From positions 16,695 through 80,694 of the forward strand of contig JBFLZG010000008.1 of assembly GCA_040756235.1 (NCBI GenBank): DNA of 64,000 nucleotides, written 5' to 3'. How positions within the stretch are numbered: the first letter of the stretch is position 1; each line of letters begins with the position of its first letter. Source of the DNA: a bacterium (GTDB lineage Bacteria > Desulfobacterota > DSWW01). A program made the translations under genes and the position numbers. The notes under the pieces were generated by a model. It was given only the letters and a program-made list of their open reading frames with translations. It did no database searches and was not told the DNA's origin. Of the stretch, positions 8,706 to 20,421 are shown piece by piece.

Positions 8706-9350
8706 ATGGCCAGGATGGGGCCCCTGCATGACATCGCCGATTCGGTCGAAGCCATGGCCAACGGAGACTTCAGCCACTCCGTGTCCCTCGATCTCAAGGG
8801 GGAGCTGGGGAGACTCGCCTTTCACCTGGACAAGATCCGCAAGAACCTGCAGATCCTGGAGCCCGGCATGAAGGAGAGCACGGAGAAAGTCCCCTTCGTG
8901 CAGGACGGGATCCAGAGCATCACCCGCACCAGCGAGGAAGGCACGCACCAGGTCATGTCTCTCACGGAAGATATGCTCGCAGACTGCGACCTGGTGGACG
9001 AAGATCTCGGGTCGTTCCGGGATCAGCCGCCCGGGTCCCTGCCGCCGCCCCTCCGGCGCATCCAGGAGATCAACGAACGCAATCGCTCGCGGCTCATCGA
9101 GCTCATCACTTCACTCTCCTTCCAGGACCTCACGGGGCAGCAGCTCAAGAAGCTCTCCGGAGTCATCGTGGAGATCGAGTCCAGGATCCTTCAGCTGCTC
9201 GTCGCCTTCGGCATCGCCGTCCAGGAGTCCGGCTCCATGGAGTCCGGGCGGGCCGGCAACATCCGGGAGAAGATGGAAGCGCAGATCGACAGTCTGAAGA
9301 AGGGAGACCTCAGCCAGGACTTGATCGACGACATCCTCGACCAGCTGTAG
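8706..9350 (+). CDS. cheZ: CheZ-family phosphatase with N-terminal HAMP-like domain
   Basis: LSFQDLTGQ (DxxxQ) catalytic motif; C-terminal SQDLIDDILDQL helix; N-terminal PLHDIADSVEAMANGDFS...GELGRLAFHLDKIRKNL. Confidence 0.85.
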   Translation: MARMGPLHDIADSVEAMANGDFSHSVSLDLKGELGRLAFHLDKIRKNLQILEPGMKESTEKVPFVQDGIQSITRTSEEGTHQVMSLTEDMLADCDLVDEDLGSFRDQPPGSLPPPLRRIQEINERNRSRLIELITSLSFQDLTGQQLKKLSGVIVEIESRILQLLVAFGIAVQESGSMESGRAGNIREKMEAQIDSLKKGDLSQDLIDDILDQL

Positions 9351-9426
9351 CAGGCTGGTGAAGCACGCCCATCTGCGGAGCCTGTCGCGAGCGAAGCGCA
9401 GCGACGCTTCGGCAAGACAAGCCTGC
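9350..9426 (+). mobile_element. Short deleted derivative of the MITE-like element
   Basis: GCAGGCTGGTGAAGCACGCCCATCTGCGG matches the element left end; closes with inverted AGCCTGC. Confidence 0.5.
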
Positions 9427-9441
9427 CCAACTCCCCCCTTT

Positions 9442-9627
9442 AGAGGGTGTCGAAAAACACCCTCTGAAGAGGCTGTTGAGAAATGGCCAGATGCAAGGCG
9501 CGCGAGATCCCGAGGAATGAGGCGTAGCTGGGAGTCACAGGGGACCCCGGCCTGCGCCGGGGCAGGCTCCCCCGCCTCCACGCCGCACGAGCGCAACGCC
9601 GCAGATGGCCGTTTATCGACAGCCTCT
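9442..9627 (-). mobile_element. MITE-like element, copy 2
   Basis: Termini AGAGGGTGTCGAAAAA and TTTATCGACAGCCTCT are near-perfect inverted repeats; body is the reverse complement of copy 1; between convergent cheZ and cheB. Confidence 0.8.
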
Positions 9628-11192
<1,565 letters not shown>

Positions 11193-11594
11193 ACTCGCCT
11201 CCCAGTATTTCCTTGAGCACGCCTCGGATACTCTCCGGCTGAAAGGGCTTTTTCACGTGCGCCCGGACCCCGAGGTGAAAGGCTTCTTCGATCGCCTCCT
11301 GACAGGCTTCGGTCGTGACCAGAACGACCGGGATCTTCCGGTAGACCGCGTCCTGCTGCAGAAGTTTGAGCAGCGTCAGCCCGTCCATGACCGGCATGTG
11401 GACGTCCAGCAGAATCAGGTCGATCCAACTTGCGGCCAGCACGCGCAGCGCCTCCGCGCCGTCGGAGGCTTCCAGATACGCGCTCACCTCGTACCCGGAC
11501 AGGACGACCGCCTTGCGCAGGATCGTCCGCATGGTGGCCGAGTCGTCCACGATCAGAATCTGCAGACCCATGGCTTGGAACCTTTCGATCCCTC

Positions 11595-12089
11595 TCAAAG
11601 GCCGCCGGAGAAGATCCGGATGTTCTCCCTTCCGTACTTCACCCACGCGCGACCGGTCGCCAGGTCCAGGAAGAGCGAGCGGCTCACCGAGCCGCCCACG
11701 TCCTCGGCATCGATCAGCACGTTGTTCTTCCAGAAGATGTTTCTCAGCGCCGCGTAATTGCGCTTGCCGATGTTGAAATGCCCGGACTCGTCCAGGATCT
11801 GCGCGCCCCCGGCAACGAGGATGCGGGCCCGGTTCTTCTTCAGGCCGAGCGTGTACGCCGTCTTGAACAGCAGAGGGATGCCGGTGTCGGCGAACATGGC
11901 CGGGCTCTTGCAGGCCTTTCCCGCGTCGATCGAGGAATCCGGAAGCATGTAGTGCAGCAGCCCGCCGACCCGCACCACCGGATCGTAGATGGCGAGGCCG
12001 ATGCAGCTCCCGAGGGAGAAGGTGACCAGCATCGACTCCGGCTCCGCAACCGCCCGCAGCTCCGCGACCCCCACGATGTGTTGCGCCAT
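11595..12089 (-). CDS. cheD: Chemoreceptor glutamine deamidase CheD
   Basis: TFSLGSCIG, GGLLHYMLP, FADTGI, AGGAQ, IGKRN, EDVGG. Confidence 0.96.
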   Translation of the reverse strand: MAQHIVGVAELRAVAEPESMLVTFSLGSCIGLAIYDPVVRVGGLLHYMLPDSSIDAGKACKSPAMFADTGIPLLFKTAYTLGLKKNRARILVAGGAQILDESGHFNIGKRNYAALRNIFWKNNVLIDAEDVGGSVSRSLFLDLATGRAWVKYGRENIRIFSGGL

Positions 12090-12118
12090 CCTTCTTCCCG
12101 TCCCATCCAGAGGCTGTG

Positions 12119-12244
12119 CCAGGTTGCAGGTGTCGGCTGTTCGGTGTCAGGCGTCAGTCCCCTCAGCCCCGCCCAGGGATACGCTCATCGCGTCCTCGCG
12201 GGTGGAGACGGGATCGGGCACTGAAACCTGGATACCTGAAACCT
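12119..12244. repeat. Inverted degenerate heptamer tandem tracts
   Basis: ccaggtt/gcaggtg/tcggctg/ttcggtg/tcaggcg/tcag facing ctgaaac/ctggata/cctgaaacct; cheA-cheD intergenic. Confidence 0.6.
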
Positions 12245-12261
12245 CTTCTTGCCGGCTCTCT

Positions 12262-14514
12262 TCAGGCCGCACGGCGCTCTGCACGGCCGCAGCCGCCTTC
12301 ATGCAGGCGAATGATCGCGTTCACGTCCAGGATCAGGCCGACCCTCCCGTCCCCGAGGATGGACCCTCCCGCGACCCCCTCCGGCGGCGTCCAGCCGTTG
12401 CCGAGATTCTTGATCACCACGTCCTGCATCTCGAACACCTCGTCGACCAGCAGACACCGGTCCACCCCGTCGCTCTCCACGACCACGACGAGGGCTTCCC
12501 ACGGGTGGACACGATCCGGGTGGATCCTCAGGACGTCATGCAGACGGACGAGCGGCAGCAGGTCGCCGCGGATCCGGATCACCTCCCCGCGGCCCTCGAC
12601 CGTGAAGCAGTCTTGCCGGGCGGGCCGGATGGCCTCCTTGATGTTCACCGTGGGCAGCACGTAGCGCTCGCACCCCACGCCCACGAGCATGCCGTCGATG
12701 ATGGCCAGCGTGATGGGCAGTTTGATCAGGAAGGTGCAGCCCCGCCCCGGACGGGACTGGATCTCGACCTTGCCCTGGAGCGAATCGACGGCTCTCCTCA
12801 CCACGTCCATCCCGACCCCCCGGCCCGAGATGTCGGTGACCGCCGCCGCCGTGGAGAAGCCGGAACGAAAGATGAGATGGTCGATCTGATGGTCGCTCGG
12901 CGCCTCGTCCGGCCCCACGAGCCCCCGCTCGCGCGCCTTTTCGAGGATCCGCTGACGATTCAGGCCGCGGCCGTCGTCCTCGATCTCGATCTGGACGTTG
13001 CCTCCCTTGTGCAAGGCCCGCAGCCGGATCCGGCCGGAGGCCGGCTTGCCGGCCCGGCGCCTTTCCTCGGGCGCTTCGATCCCATGGTCCACGGAGTTGC
13101 GGATCATGTGCACGAGCGGCTCATAGATCGCGTCGACCATGTTCCGGTCGATCTCCGTGTCCTCGCCCGCGATCTCCAGCTCGATCGCCTTCGAGGACTT
13201 GCGCGCCAGATCCCGGACCACGCGAAACATCTTCTGAAACGTCTGCTGCAGAGGCACCATGCGCAACGACATGCTCACGTTCTGCAGCTCGGACGTGATC
13301 CGCGCCAGCTGGCCGAGATTCTTGGTGAGGGCGTGGTCCACGATCGACCGAACCCGCTCGCTCCGCTGCACGAGGGTCTGCGCGATCACCAGCTCGCCGA
13401 CCATGTTGACGAGATTGTCGAGCTTGTACATGTCGACCTTGATCGTGGCCGAGCCGGTCCTCTTCTGCGCCGCGGATTCGTCTTCCCGCACCGCGGGCGC
13501 AGCCTTGGCCGCAGCCGCCGAGGCGTTCGCGGCGGCGGCTGCGGCAGCGGTCGGCGCGGCCGCCTCCGGCAGCGGCGCCGGGTCCTGCCCGCTGCGGCAG
13601 CCGGCAGCCACGCCCCGCAGCGCTTCTGGGGCCGCGGTCTCCTGCGCCGCGGCTGCGCCGCCGGTCTGCTTCAGCCCGGCGATCCGGGCCACGAAAGCGT
13701 CCACGGACGCGGCCATGCACTCCGCCTGGCCGCCCGCGAGACGGACCTTCACGCACTCCAGGAGCCGGCGCAGAAGGTCCACGGCTTCCAGCACGAGGTC
13801 GATCTCCCGGTGGCCCATCAGGACCTCTCCCTGCCGGGCCTTGTCCAGGAGGTCCTCCACGGCATGGGTGAGCCGGTTGATGTCGTCCAGGTTCAGGAAC
13901 CCGGAGACGCCTTTGATCGTGTGGAAGGGGCGGAAGATCTCGTTGATCACCGACCGGTTCATCGGGTCCTGCTCCAGGCTCAGGATCTTCACTTCGATCG
14001 ACTCCAGGCTCTCGGCGGCCTCGAGCAGGAAATCTTCATAGAGGTCCCGGTCCGATTCGATGGCGAGGAGGGGCGCTTCCCCCGCCTGCGCGTCGTGCAC
14101 CGCCGCGGCGGGCGGACGTTGCGCCCGGGGGTTCCCTGTCTCAGCCGCATCTCCGGATTCGGCTTGCGGCTGCGCGCACGGGTCGTGCTCGCCTTCGCAG
14201 GCCCGATGGATGTTCCTCAGGTCCTCCTCGATGGCGCCCAGCTTCTGCGGAGACTCCATGCCTCCGAGGACCAGCTCCTCGACCTTCTCCCGCAGGCCGC
14301 CCAGCAGAGAAGCGACTGCAGCGCTCGCGGCGGGAAGGGGATGATCGGCCAGCTTGTCGAGCAGGATCACGGTTTCCTGGAAGCTCGCCGGATCGGTGGC
14401 GTCGGCAAGGGCGAGCGCGGTGGAGAACCCCTGCAGCAGATCCTGAAACTCCTCGACCTCGGCCCGCTCGATCGTGCGCGCCATCGGCGTCTTGCCTGAT
14501 CCTGATCCGGACAT
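12262..14514 (-). CDS. cheA: Chemotaxis histidine kinase CheA (cluster 1)
   Basis: IFRPFHTIKG Hpt; LVNMVGELVI; HMIRNSVDHG; DDGRGL; GFST..ISGRGVGMDVV; CheW domain; start 14514 or 14484. Confidence 0.96.
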   Translation of the reverse strand: MSGSGSGKTPMARTIERAEVEEFQDLLQGFSTALALADATDPASFQETVILLDKLADHPLPAASAAVASLLGGLREKVEELVLGGMESPQKLGAIEEDLRNIHRACEGEHDPCAQPQAESGDAAETGNPRAQRPPAAAVHDAQAGEAPLLAIESDRDLYEDFLLEAAESLESIEVKILSLEQDPMNRSVINEIFRPFHTIKGVSGFLNLDDINRLTHAVEDLLDKARQGEVLMGHREIDLVLEAVDLLRRLLECVKVRLAGGQAECMAASVDAFVARIAGLKQTGGAAAAQETAAPEALRGVAAGCRSGQDPAPLPEAAAPTAAAAAAANASAAAAKAAPAVREDESAAQKRTGSATIKVDMYKLDNLVNMVGELVIAQTLVQRSERVRSIVDHALTKNLGQLARITSELQNVSMSLRMVPLQQTFQKMFRVVRDLARKSSKAIELEIAGEDTEIDRNMVDAIYEPLVHMIRNSVDHGIEAPEERRRAGKPASGRIRLRALHKGGNVQIEIEDDGRGLNRQRILEKARERGLVGPDEAPSDHQIDHLIFRSGFSTAAAVTDISGRGVGMDVVRRAVDSLQGKVEIQSRPGRGCTFLIKLPITLAIIDGMLVGVGCERYVLPTVNIKEAIRPARQDCFTVEGRGEVIRIRGDLLPLVRLHDVLRIHPDRVHPWEALVVVVESDGVDRCLLVDEVFEMQDVVIKNLGNGWTPPEGVAGGSILGDGRVGLILDVNAIIRLHEGGCGRAERRAA

Positions 14515-14548
14515 GCCTTGTTCCGACACGTGCGCCCCCGCTCTTTCT

Positions 14549-14652
14549 GTCATTCCGGCGAAGGCCGGAATCCAGTCCCGGATCGTCGTATTCTTCTTGG
14601 ACAGCCTCCTGGATCCCGGCTCACACGCGCTCCGCAACTGGGCCGGGATGAC
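14549..14652. repeat. Inverted pair of GTCATTCCGGC-type REP-like palindromes
   Basis: gtcattccggcgaaggccggaatcca plus a reverse copy that matches 7232-7274 with two mismatches. Confidence 0.85.
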
Positions 14653-14678
14653 GCAACAGGACACAGCCTTGCTTCAGG

Positions 14679-15539
14679 TCAGTCGCTGCCGTAGGCAAAC
14701 GTATTCCGCACCTCGCCCAGATCGGCCAGGAGGTGGGAGGTGACCTCCTCCAACAGGCGGTTCTTCAGGGAGAGCCTGGCCGCCGCCTGCGGACAGGGCC
14801 GATATTGCAGCCCTTCCACCCCGGTGGCGATGCCGCTCAGGATGCAGACCGCGTCGGCCACGTGCACGACGTCGAGGTGGGTCGAGCCGCTGCGCGAGCC
14901 GGCCGGCTGGTGGTGCCAGCGCACCACCTCCACGATCTCCGCCGGCAGGTTCCAGCTTTGGAGCAGCACGGACCCCACCTCCGCGTGGTCGATCCCCAGC
15001 ACCCGCTGCTCGGCCACCTCGAAGGAAACGCGCTCCCGGCCGGCCGCCTCCAGGATCTCCACTCCGTCCACCTCCACCGTGGTCCCGAGCACGATCTTGC
15101 CGACGTCGTGCAGGATGGCCGCCGTGAACAGCTCGTCCCGGGGGAGGATGCCCAATCCCGAGGCCAGCCGCCCCGCCGCCAGCGCGACCGCCATCGAGTG
15201 TTCCCACAACTGGCCGGGCCCGAGGTCATACCCCCGGACCGCGCCCTTGGCCGCCAGCGAAAAGGCCGCCGCGACCACCGCCCGAAAGACGCTCTTGGTG
15301 CCGAGCCTCAGGATGGCATCCCGCACCGAGCCCACTTCATAAGAGCACCCGAAGTAAGCCGAATTGGCCAGCCGCAGCACGTCCGATGTCAGCCCCGGAT
15401 CGAACTCGATCGCCCGCGTCAGCTCGCGGATGCTCACGTCCGAATCCCGGAACAGACGTACCACCTGCAGCGCGGCCGGCGGCAAGAACTGGACCGAGCG
15501 AGCCTTGGCCAAAATCTCTTCCCGGCGATTCATAGCCAC
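14679..15539 (-). CDS. HDOD-domain protein
   Basis: IEFDPGLTSDVLRLANSAYFG; LWEHS; AAILHDVGK; GIDHAEVG..W.LP...RWHH. Confidence 0.93.
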   Translation of the reverse strand: MAMNRREEILAKARSVQFLPPAALQVVRLFRDSDVSIRELTRAIEFDPGLTSDVLRLANSAYFGCSYEVGSVRDAILRLGTKSVFRAVVAAAFSLAAKGAVRGYDLGPGQLWEHSMAVALAAGRLASGLGILPRDELFTAAILHDVGKIVLGTTVEVDGVEILEAAGRERVSFEVAEQRVLGIDHAEVGSVLLQSWNLPAEIVEVVRWHHQPAGSRSGSTHLDVVHVADAVCILSGIATGVEGLQYRPCPQAAARLSLKNRLLEEVTSHLLADLGEVRNTFAYGSD

Positions 15540-15552
15540 CCTCCCGGCCCGG

Positions 15553-16356
15553 TCAGGCTCTCCTGTAGACGGAGGGCATGACGATCCGAAAAGGCCCTCC
15601 CATCGCGGCCAGGCTCTCCGCGTGCCCCACCATGAGATAGCCCCCCGGCTTGAGCAGGCGTTCGATCTCTGCCAGGAGCTGCCTGCGCACTCTCTTGTCG
15701 AAGTAGATCATCACGTTGCGGCAGAAGATCGCGTCGAACGGTCCCCGCATCGGAAAGGGCGTCTTGGACAGGTTCAGCCATCTGAAGACCACGCGGCGTT
15801 TGAGCTCCTCCCGGACCGCGCAGGGCGTCTCCGGGGCCGCTGCCCGGCTCTCGAAGTAGCGCTCCCGCAACGGCACCGGCACCGCCGCCAGCTTGGCCTT
15901 CTCGTACACCCCGCGACTGCAGTGCTCCAGCACCCGAGTGGAGATGTCCGTGGCCAGGATCTTCAGATCCCCTGCCCGGCCCCCGAGCGCCTCCAGGACC
16001 GCCATCGCCATGGACAGCGGCTCCTCTCCGGTCGAGCAGGCTGCGGACCAGAACCGGAAGCGCCGTTGTCCGCCGGCCGCCCATTTGGAGACCGCCTGCT
16101 GCAGAAAGGAGAAATGCTCTTCCTCCCGAAAAAAGCTCGTGACGTTGGTCGAGACCACGTCGACCAGCGCCACCAGCTCCGCGCCCGCCCCGTCTCCCGC
16201 CAGCCGACGCAGATACGCCTTCGGGTCCTGAATGCCCAGCGCGCGCATCCGCTTCGCCAGCCGCGCGCGGATCAGAGCTTCCTTGCTTGCGCCCAGCACG
16301 ATGCCGCTGCGGTCGTACACGATGCGCCGAAACCGGTCGAGCGCCGCCTGATTCAT
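15553..16356 (-). CDS. cheR: Chemotaxis methyltransferase CheR (cluster 1)
   Basis: TNVTSFFRE; WSAACSTGEEP; ATDIS; IFCRNVMIYF; GHAES. Confidence 0.97.
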   Translation of the reverse strand: MNQAALDRFRRIVYDRSGIVLGASKEALIRARLAKRMRALGIQDPKAYLRRLAGDGAGAELVALVDVVSTNVTSFFREEEHFSFLQQAVSKWAAGGQRRFRFWSAACSTGEEPLSMAMAVLEALGGRAGDLKILATDISTRVLEHCSRGVYEKAKLAAVPVPLRERYFESRAAAPETPCAVREELKRRVVFRWLNLSKTPFPMRGPFDAIFCRNVMIYFDKRVRRQLLAEIERLLKPGGYLMVGHAESLAAMGGPFRIVMPSVYRRA

Positions 16357-16436
16357 CTGAGGATTCCTGGCCGGGGAGGGAAGACCCCGCTACGCTGCGC
16401 TGCTGTTCGGCATCTGTCATCTGCTGCAGGAGGCGG

Positions 16437-18608
16437 TCAGAAATCCTGCAGGTCTTCGTCATGAAACGGTATCACCTCTTCGGGTTGCGCGGCTCCGGGC
16501 ACCCTGCGCGCAAACGGCTTCTGCCCGTCCTCCTCTCCCGGCGCGCGCCGGCCCCGCGGCCGCCGTTCCTCCGGCAAGCGCGCAGCGGCCCTGACGGACC
16601 GCGCCGCGGCGCTTGCACCGGCCTCTCCCTGATTCCACCCCTCGACCCTTCTCACGTCCATGTCCGCTCGGTCACGGTCGCTCCCCCCGATGATGGACAG
16701 CAGCACGCCGACCATCTCCCTCAGCTCCTTGGCCTGGGAGGAAAGCTCGCTGCTGGCCGAGGCGGACTCCTCGGCGTTGGCTGCGTTCGACTGCGTGATC
16801 TTGTCCATTTCGGACACGGCCTTGCTTTGCTGCCCGATGCCGTGCGCCTGCTCTTCACAAGCAGCGGAGACTTCGCCGATCAGCTGTGAGACCTTTCCCA
16901 CGCCGCCCGCGATCTCGCTGAGCACGTTCTCCACCTCGCCGGAAACCTTTACCCCGTGCTCGGCGTTCTTCAGCGCCTCTTCGATCAGCACGGCCGTGTT
17001 CTTCGCCGCTTCCGCGGAGCGCTGCGCCAGGTTGCGCACCTCCTCGGCCACGACCGCGAAGCCCTTTCCCGCCTCTCCGGCGCGCGCGGCTTCCACCGCC
17101 GCATTCAGCGCCAGCAGATTCGTCTGAAACGCGATCTCGTCGATCGTCTTGATGATCTTGGCGGTCTGGTCCGCGGAGGCCTTGATCTTGCCGATGGCCT
17201 CGGACATGCGCGCCACCGAGCTCCGCCCCTTCTCGGCGCCTTCCTGAACGCTCTTGACCATCTTGTTGGACTGGCCGGCGTTGTCCGCGTTCTGGCGCGT
17301 CATGGCCGCCATCTCTTGCAGCGAAGAAGAGACCTCCTCCAGGCTCGCCGCCTGCTCGCTCGCCCCCTGGGCCATCTGCTCGCTCGACTGCGCGACCTGG
17401 CCGGACGCTCCCGCCACTTCCTGCGCCGCTCGCTCCATCCCGTGGATGACCTTGTCGATCGGCTTGACGACGCTGCGCGAGAAGAACCACAAGAGAACGA
17501 GCGCCAGCCCCGAAACCCCGAGGCCCATGCCGATCTGCCATGCCGCTGCGCGGCTGGCTCGCTTCCCGAGCTCCTCGGACTGCGCCATGGCGGCGGCGAG
17601 GAACGCTCCCTGCGGGACCCGGATGACCACGGCCCACTTCGTCTGGGTCCTGCCCACCTCGATCGGGACCATCACTTCGGCCTCATTGCCGACGAGCTCG
17701 ATCCGGGCCACGCCTTCGCGGATTCGACCCACCGCCTCGCGCGCCCTGCCGGGCATCCACTGCTCGAGGCTCTTGCCGACCAGAGCCGGCTGGCCGCTGA
17801 CTGCGGCCAGGATGCCGTTCTGGCTGGTGATGGCCATGGTGCCGGCGCCCTCGTAGAACTTCCGGTTCGCCTGCTCGGCGAGGCGCTGCACGAAGTCCAG
17901 GCGCACGTCGATGCCGGTGATTCCGTAAAATTTGTCCTCCGCCACGACCGGAACGACCAGAGAGGTGATCCAGACGATCGTGCCCTGGATGGGGTACGGG
18001 TAAGGATCGATGATCGCCTCCCGCTTGCTCTCCTTCGGCAGCAGGTAGTACTCCCCTTTGCGGACCCCGTTCTCGAAGCGCTCCGTGCTCTCGTAATCCT
18101 GCAGCGGCTCGAGGCTGATGGAACCATCCGCCCCGCGGCTCAGATAGGGAATGAAACGGCCGGTGGCGTCGTGGCCCGGTGAGTTGGCGTACACGTCCTC
18201 CAGGTTGTCGAAGGCATTCAGCTCCCAGCAGGTGTAGGCCCCCGTGAACGCCTCGTTCTTGGCGACGACGCTGTGCAGCAGGTCCTGCACCGTCTCCCGA
18301 GTCGCCTGCATGTTCAACTTGCTGTCCTTGATGCCGGAGAGCAGATCGGCCAGGGTCCTGGCGACGTCGAGCCCCACCTCCAGCTCTGCTTTGATCTCGA
18401 GGGCCAGCGCGCTGGCCTTCTCCTCCAGCTCCCGGTTGGCTGCCTCCGTGGCGGACCGGCTCGACGTCTCGACCACGTACTGCCGGGTCCGCTCCATGGT
18501 CACGACCGCGTACCCGCCCACGAGCGCCACGGCCACGAGCATGCACAGGCCGAACAGGATCACCAGCTTCCACTGGAGCGATTTGAATCGCGAGAACCAG
18601 CCTGTCAT
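16437..18608 (-). CDS. Methyl-accepting chemotaxis protein with periplasmic Cache domain
   Basis: Two TM helices; GRFIPY and IIDPYPY Cache-type motifs; [38 protein letters not shown]-terminal DLQDF pentapeptide. Confidence 0.96.
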   Translation of the reverse strand: MTGWFSRFKSLQWKLVILFGLCMLVAVALVGGYAVVTMERTRQYVVETSSRSATEAANRELEEKASALALEIKAELEVGLDVARTLADLLSGIKDSKLNMQATRETVQDLLHSVVAKNEAFTGAYTCWELNAFDNLEDVYANSPGHDATGRFIPYLSRGADGSISLEPLQDYESTERFENGVRKGEYYLLPKESKREAIIDPYPYPIQGTIVWITSLVVPVVAEDKFYGITGIDVRLDFVQRLAEQANRKFYEGAGTMAITSQNGILAAVSGQPALVGKSLEQWMPGRAREAVGRIREGVARIELVGNEAEVMVPIEVGRTQTKWAVVIRVPQGAFLAAAMAQSEELGKRASRAAAWQIGMGLGVSGLALVLLWFFSRSVVKPIDKVIHGMERAAQEVAGASGQVAQSSEQMAQGASEQAASLEEVSSSLQEMAAMTRQNADNAGQSNKMVKSVQEGAEKGRSSVARMSEAIGKIKASADQTAKIIKTIDEIAFQTNLLALNAAVEAARAGEAGKGFAVVAEEVRNLAQRSAEAAKNTAVLIEEALKNAEHGVKVSGEVENVLSEIAGGVGKVSQLIGEVSAACEEQAHGIGQQSKAVSEMDKITQSNAANAEESASASSELSSQAKELREMVGVLLSIIGGSDRDRADMDVRRVEGWNQGEAGASAAARSVRAAARLPEERRPRGRRAPGEEDGQKPFARRVPGAAQPEEVIPFHDEDLQDF

Positions 18609-18620
18609 GGTCCGATCTCC

Positions 18621-19619
18621 TTACGGTGCCGACCCTTGCAGAACTTCCACGAGCACTTCGTTGCGGAACAGATCCTTGGTGGTGAAATCCTTCTGCAGAA
18701 GCTGGTTCGCCTTCAGGAACCCCCGGATATCGTCCAGGAAGAGCTGCAGCCCGCCGCCGTCCTGATTGCGCGCCAGCTGCGTCCGGGCGTCGTGGATCCG
18801 CACCGCCCCCAGCATGCCCTTGAGATCCTGCTCGGAAAAGGGCGTGGTCGCCTCGAGCACCTTGGTGTTCAGGATCTGCATGTACTCTTTCCAGTTGGCG
18901 GGATCGTGGCACCACTTGACCGCTTCGACCCAGCCTTTGAAGTAGCGGGTGAGGTCCTCCCGGGGGATGTCTTTCAGCACGTCCTGGAGCACCATCATCC
19001 CCTCCGGGATGACGCCTTCATAGTCGGCGCTCGTTGCCGCCACCACCCCGTTGCCTTCCTTTTCCGCGCGCAGGGCGTCCGGATCGTAGCTGACGATCAG
19101 GTTGAAGCGCCCCTCGATGAAGTTCTTGGCCAGGGGAGCGGTCTCCATCTCGACCACTTTGAGGTCTGCAAGGGACAGGCCGTGCTGCTTGAGGTAGCTG
19201 TTCAGGAAGTAGGTGACCGCCGCCTGGTTCAGATAGACCCCTGCGGGCTTTCCCTTGAGCGCGGCCGGCTCGACCCCCTTGCGGAGAATGACCTTGTCGC
19301 CGCCGTGGGACCAGTCGCTTTCCGCGATGATCACCACCGGAAGCCCACGCTGGTAGAGGCTCACGGCCGTTCCCATCATGTCGAAGTCGATGTCGATCCT
19401 CTTCTGCTCGAACGCGGTGTGGGCCGCCTGCACGCTCGGGAAGTTGAAGACCTTCACGTCCAAACCCTGGCTCTTCCAGAAGCCTTTGGCCTCCGCCACG
19501 TGGGCGGGAGCGAATCCCACCCAGGGCACGGTCCCCACCTTGTACTGCCGCGCCTGCGCCGCCGCACACAGGCCGAAGAAAAACACCGAAGCCAAGGCCC
19601 ACGCCCATGCTCGCCTCAT
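18621..19619 (-). CDS. Periplasmic solute-binding protein, NMT1/SsuA-like
   Basis: Signal peptide MRRAWAWALASVFFFGLCAAAQA; KVGTVPWVGFAPAHVAEAKGFWK; DWSHGGD. Confidence 0.85.
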   Translation of the reverse strand: MRRAWAWALASVFFFGLCAAAQARQYKVGTVPWVGFAPAHVAEAKGFWKSQGLDVKVFNFPSVQAAHTAFEQKRIDIDFDMMGTAVSLYQRGLPVVIIAESDWSHGGDKVILRKGVEPAALKGKPAGVYLNQAAVTYFLNSYLKQHGLSLADLKVVEMETAPLAKNFIEGRFNLIVSYDPDALRAEKEGNGVVAATSADYEGVIPEGMMVLQDVLKDIPREDLTRYFKGWVEAVKWCHDPANWKEYMQILNTKVLEATTPFSEQDLKGMLGAVRIHDARTQLARNQDGGGLQLFLDDIRGFLKANQLLQKDFTTKDLFRNEVLVEVLQGSAP

Positions 19620-19683
19620 GACAGCCTCCTTTTGTTGCAGAAATCCTTCTACCGCCCCGACCTTGGAACCGACTCGCTTCCGA

Positions 19684-20229
19684 TCAGCCGCCGAGCGCGC
19701 CCGTTGCGACCTCCGTTCGCGCAAGCGCGAGCGCCGACATCGCTTCCGCAGTCTCCTGCTGGGTCAGGACCTGCTCGAGGTTCAGCAGGATCTTCACCGA
19801 ACCCTTCGCCTTGGCCAGGCCCAGAATGAAATCCGTATCGATTCCCTCCCCGAAGGAAGGCGTCTGCTGGATCTCGGTCTGGCCGATGTCCAGGACCTCG
19901 CTCACCGTATCCACCAGGACCCCCATTTCCGCCGCCTCGCCCTGGGCGGCCACCTCCACGACGATGATGCACGTCTGCTCCGTGTCCTCGACCTCCTCCA
20001 TCCGGAACCGCCTGCGCAGGTCGATCACGGGTATGACCTTGCCGCGCAGATTGATCACCCCCCGGATGTAGTGCGGCGTGCGCGGCACGGGAGTGACGTT
20101 CATCAGCCCGATGATCTCCCGCACCTTCAGGATTTCCAGACCGTACTCCTCGGCGCCGAGCCGAAAGGTCAGGTACTTGCCCGCCAGACCCGCGCCCGCC
20201 CGATTTCTCTTCTCTGCTTCCCGCTCCAT
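19684..20229 (-). CDS. cheW: Chemotaxis coupling protein CheW (cluster 1)
   Basis: KYLTFRLGAEEYGLEILKVREII...GVINLRGKVIPVIDLR. Confidence 0.96.
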   Translation of the reverse strand: MEREAEKRNRAGAGLAGKYLTFRLGAEEYGLEILKVREIIGLMNVTPVPRTPHYIRGVINLRGKVIPVIDLRRRFRMEEVEDTEQTCIIVVEVAAQGEAAEMGVLVDTVSEVLDIGQTEIQQTPSFGEGIDTDFILGLAKAKGSVKILLNLEQVLTQQETAEAMSALALARTEVATGALGG

Positions 20230-20298
20230 CGCCCGCCTCCCTCGACCCTCGATGGATTGCCTGAGCCCGCTTTCCGGTGTAAGAACCAACATTTTGTG

Positions 20299-20325
20299 TT
20301 ATCGGTGAGTCGCCCGATAAGTTTA
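20299..20325 (-). promoter_or_regulatory. Sigma-28 promoter of chemotaxis cluster 1
   Basis: Minus strand TAAA-N15-ACCGATAA, 70 bp upstream of cheW. Confidence 0.78.
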
Positions 20326-20421
20326 ACCGACGGCCGGCGCGTCGGCCGCGCGCTCGCCCCTGAAGGCCGGGTGAACGGTCAGAAGGCGGCGCGGCCAGGG
20401 GAAACGGAAGTTGCCCTGTGC

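Noticed and set aside
14515..14664. N-terminal extension of CheA in the ORF track
   Set aside because: Translates REP palindromes (VIPAQ..., WIPAFAGMT); a downstream start is more plausible
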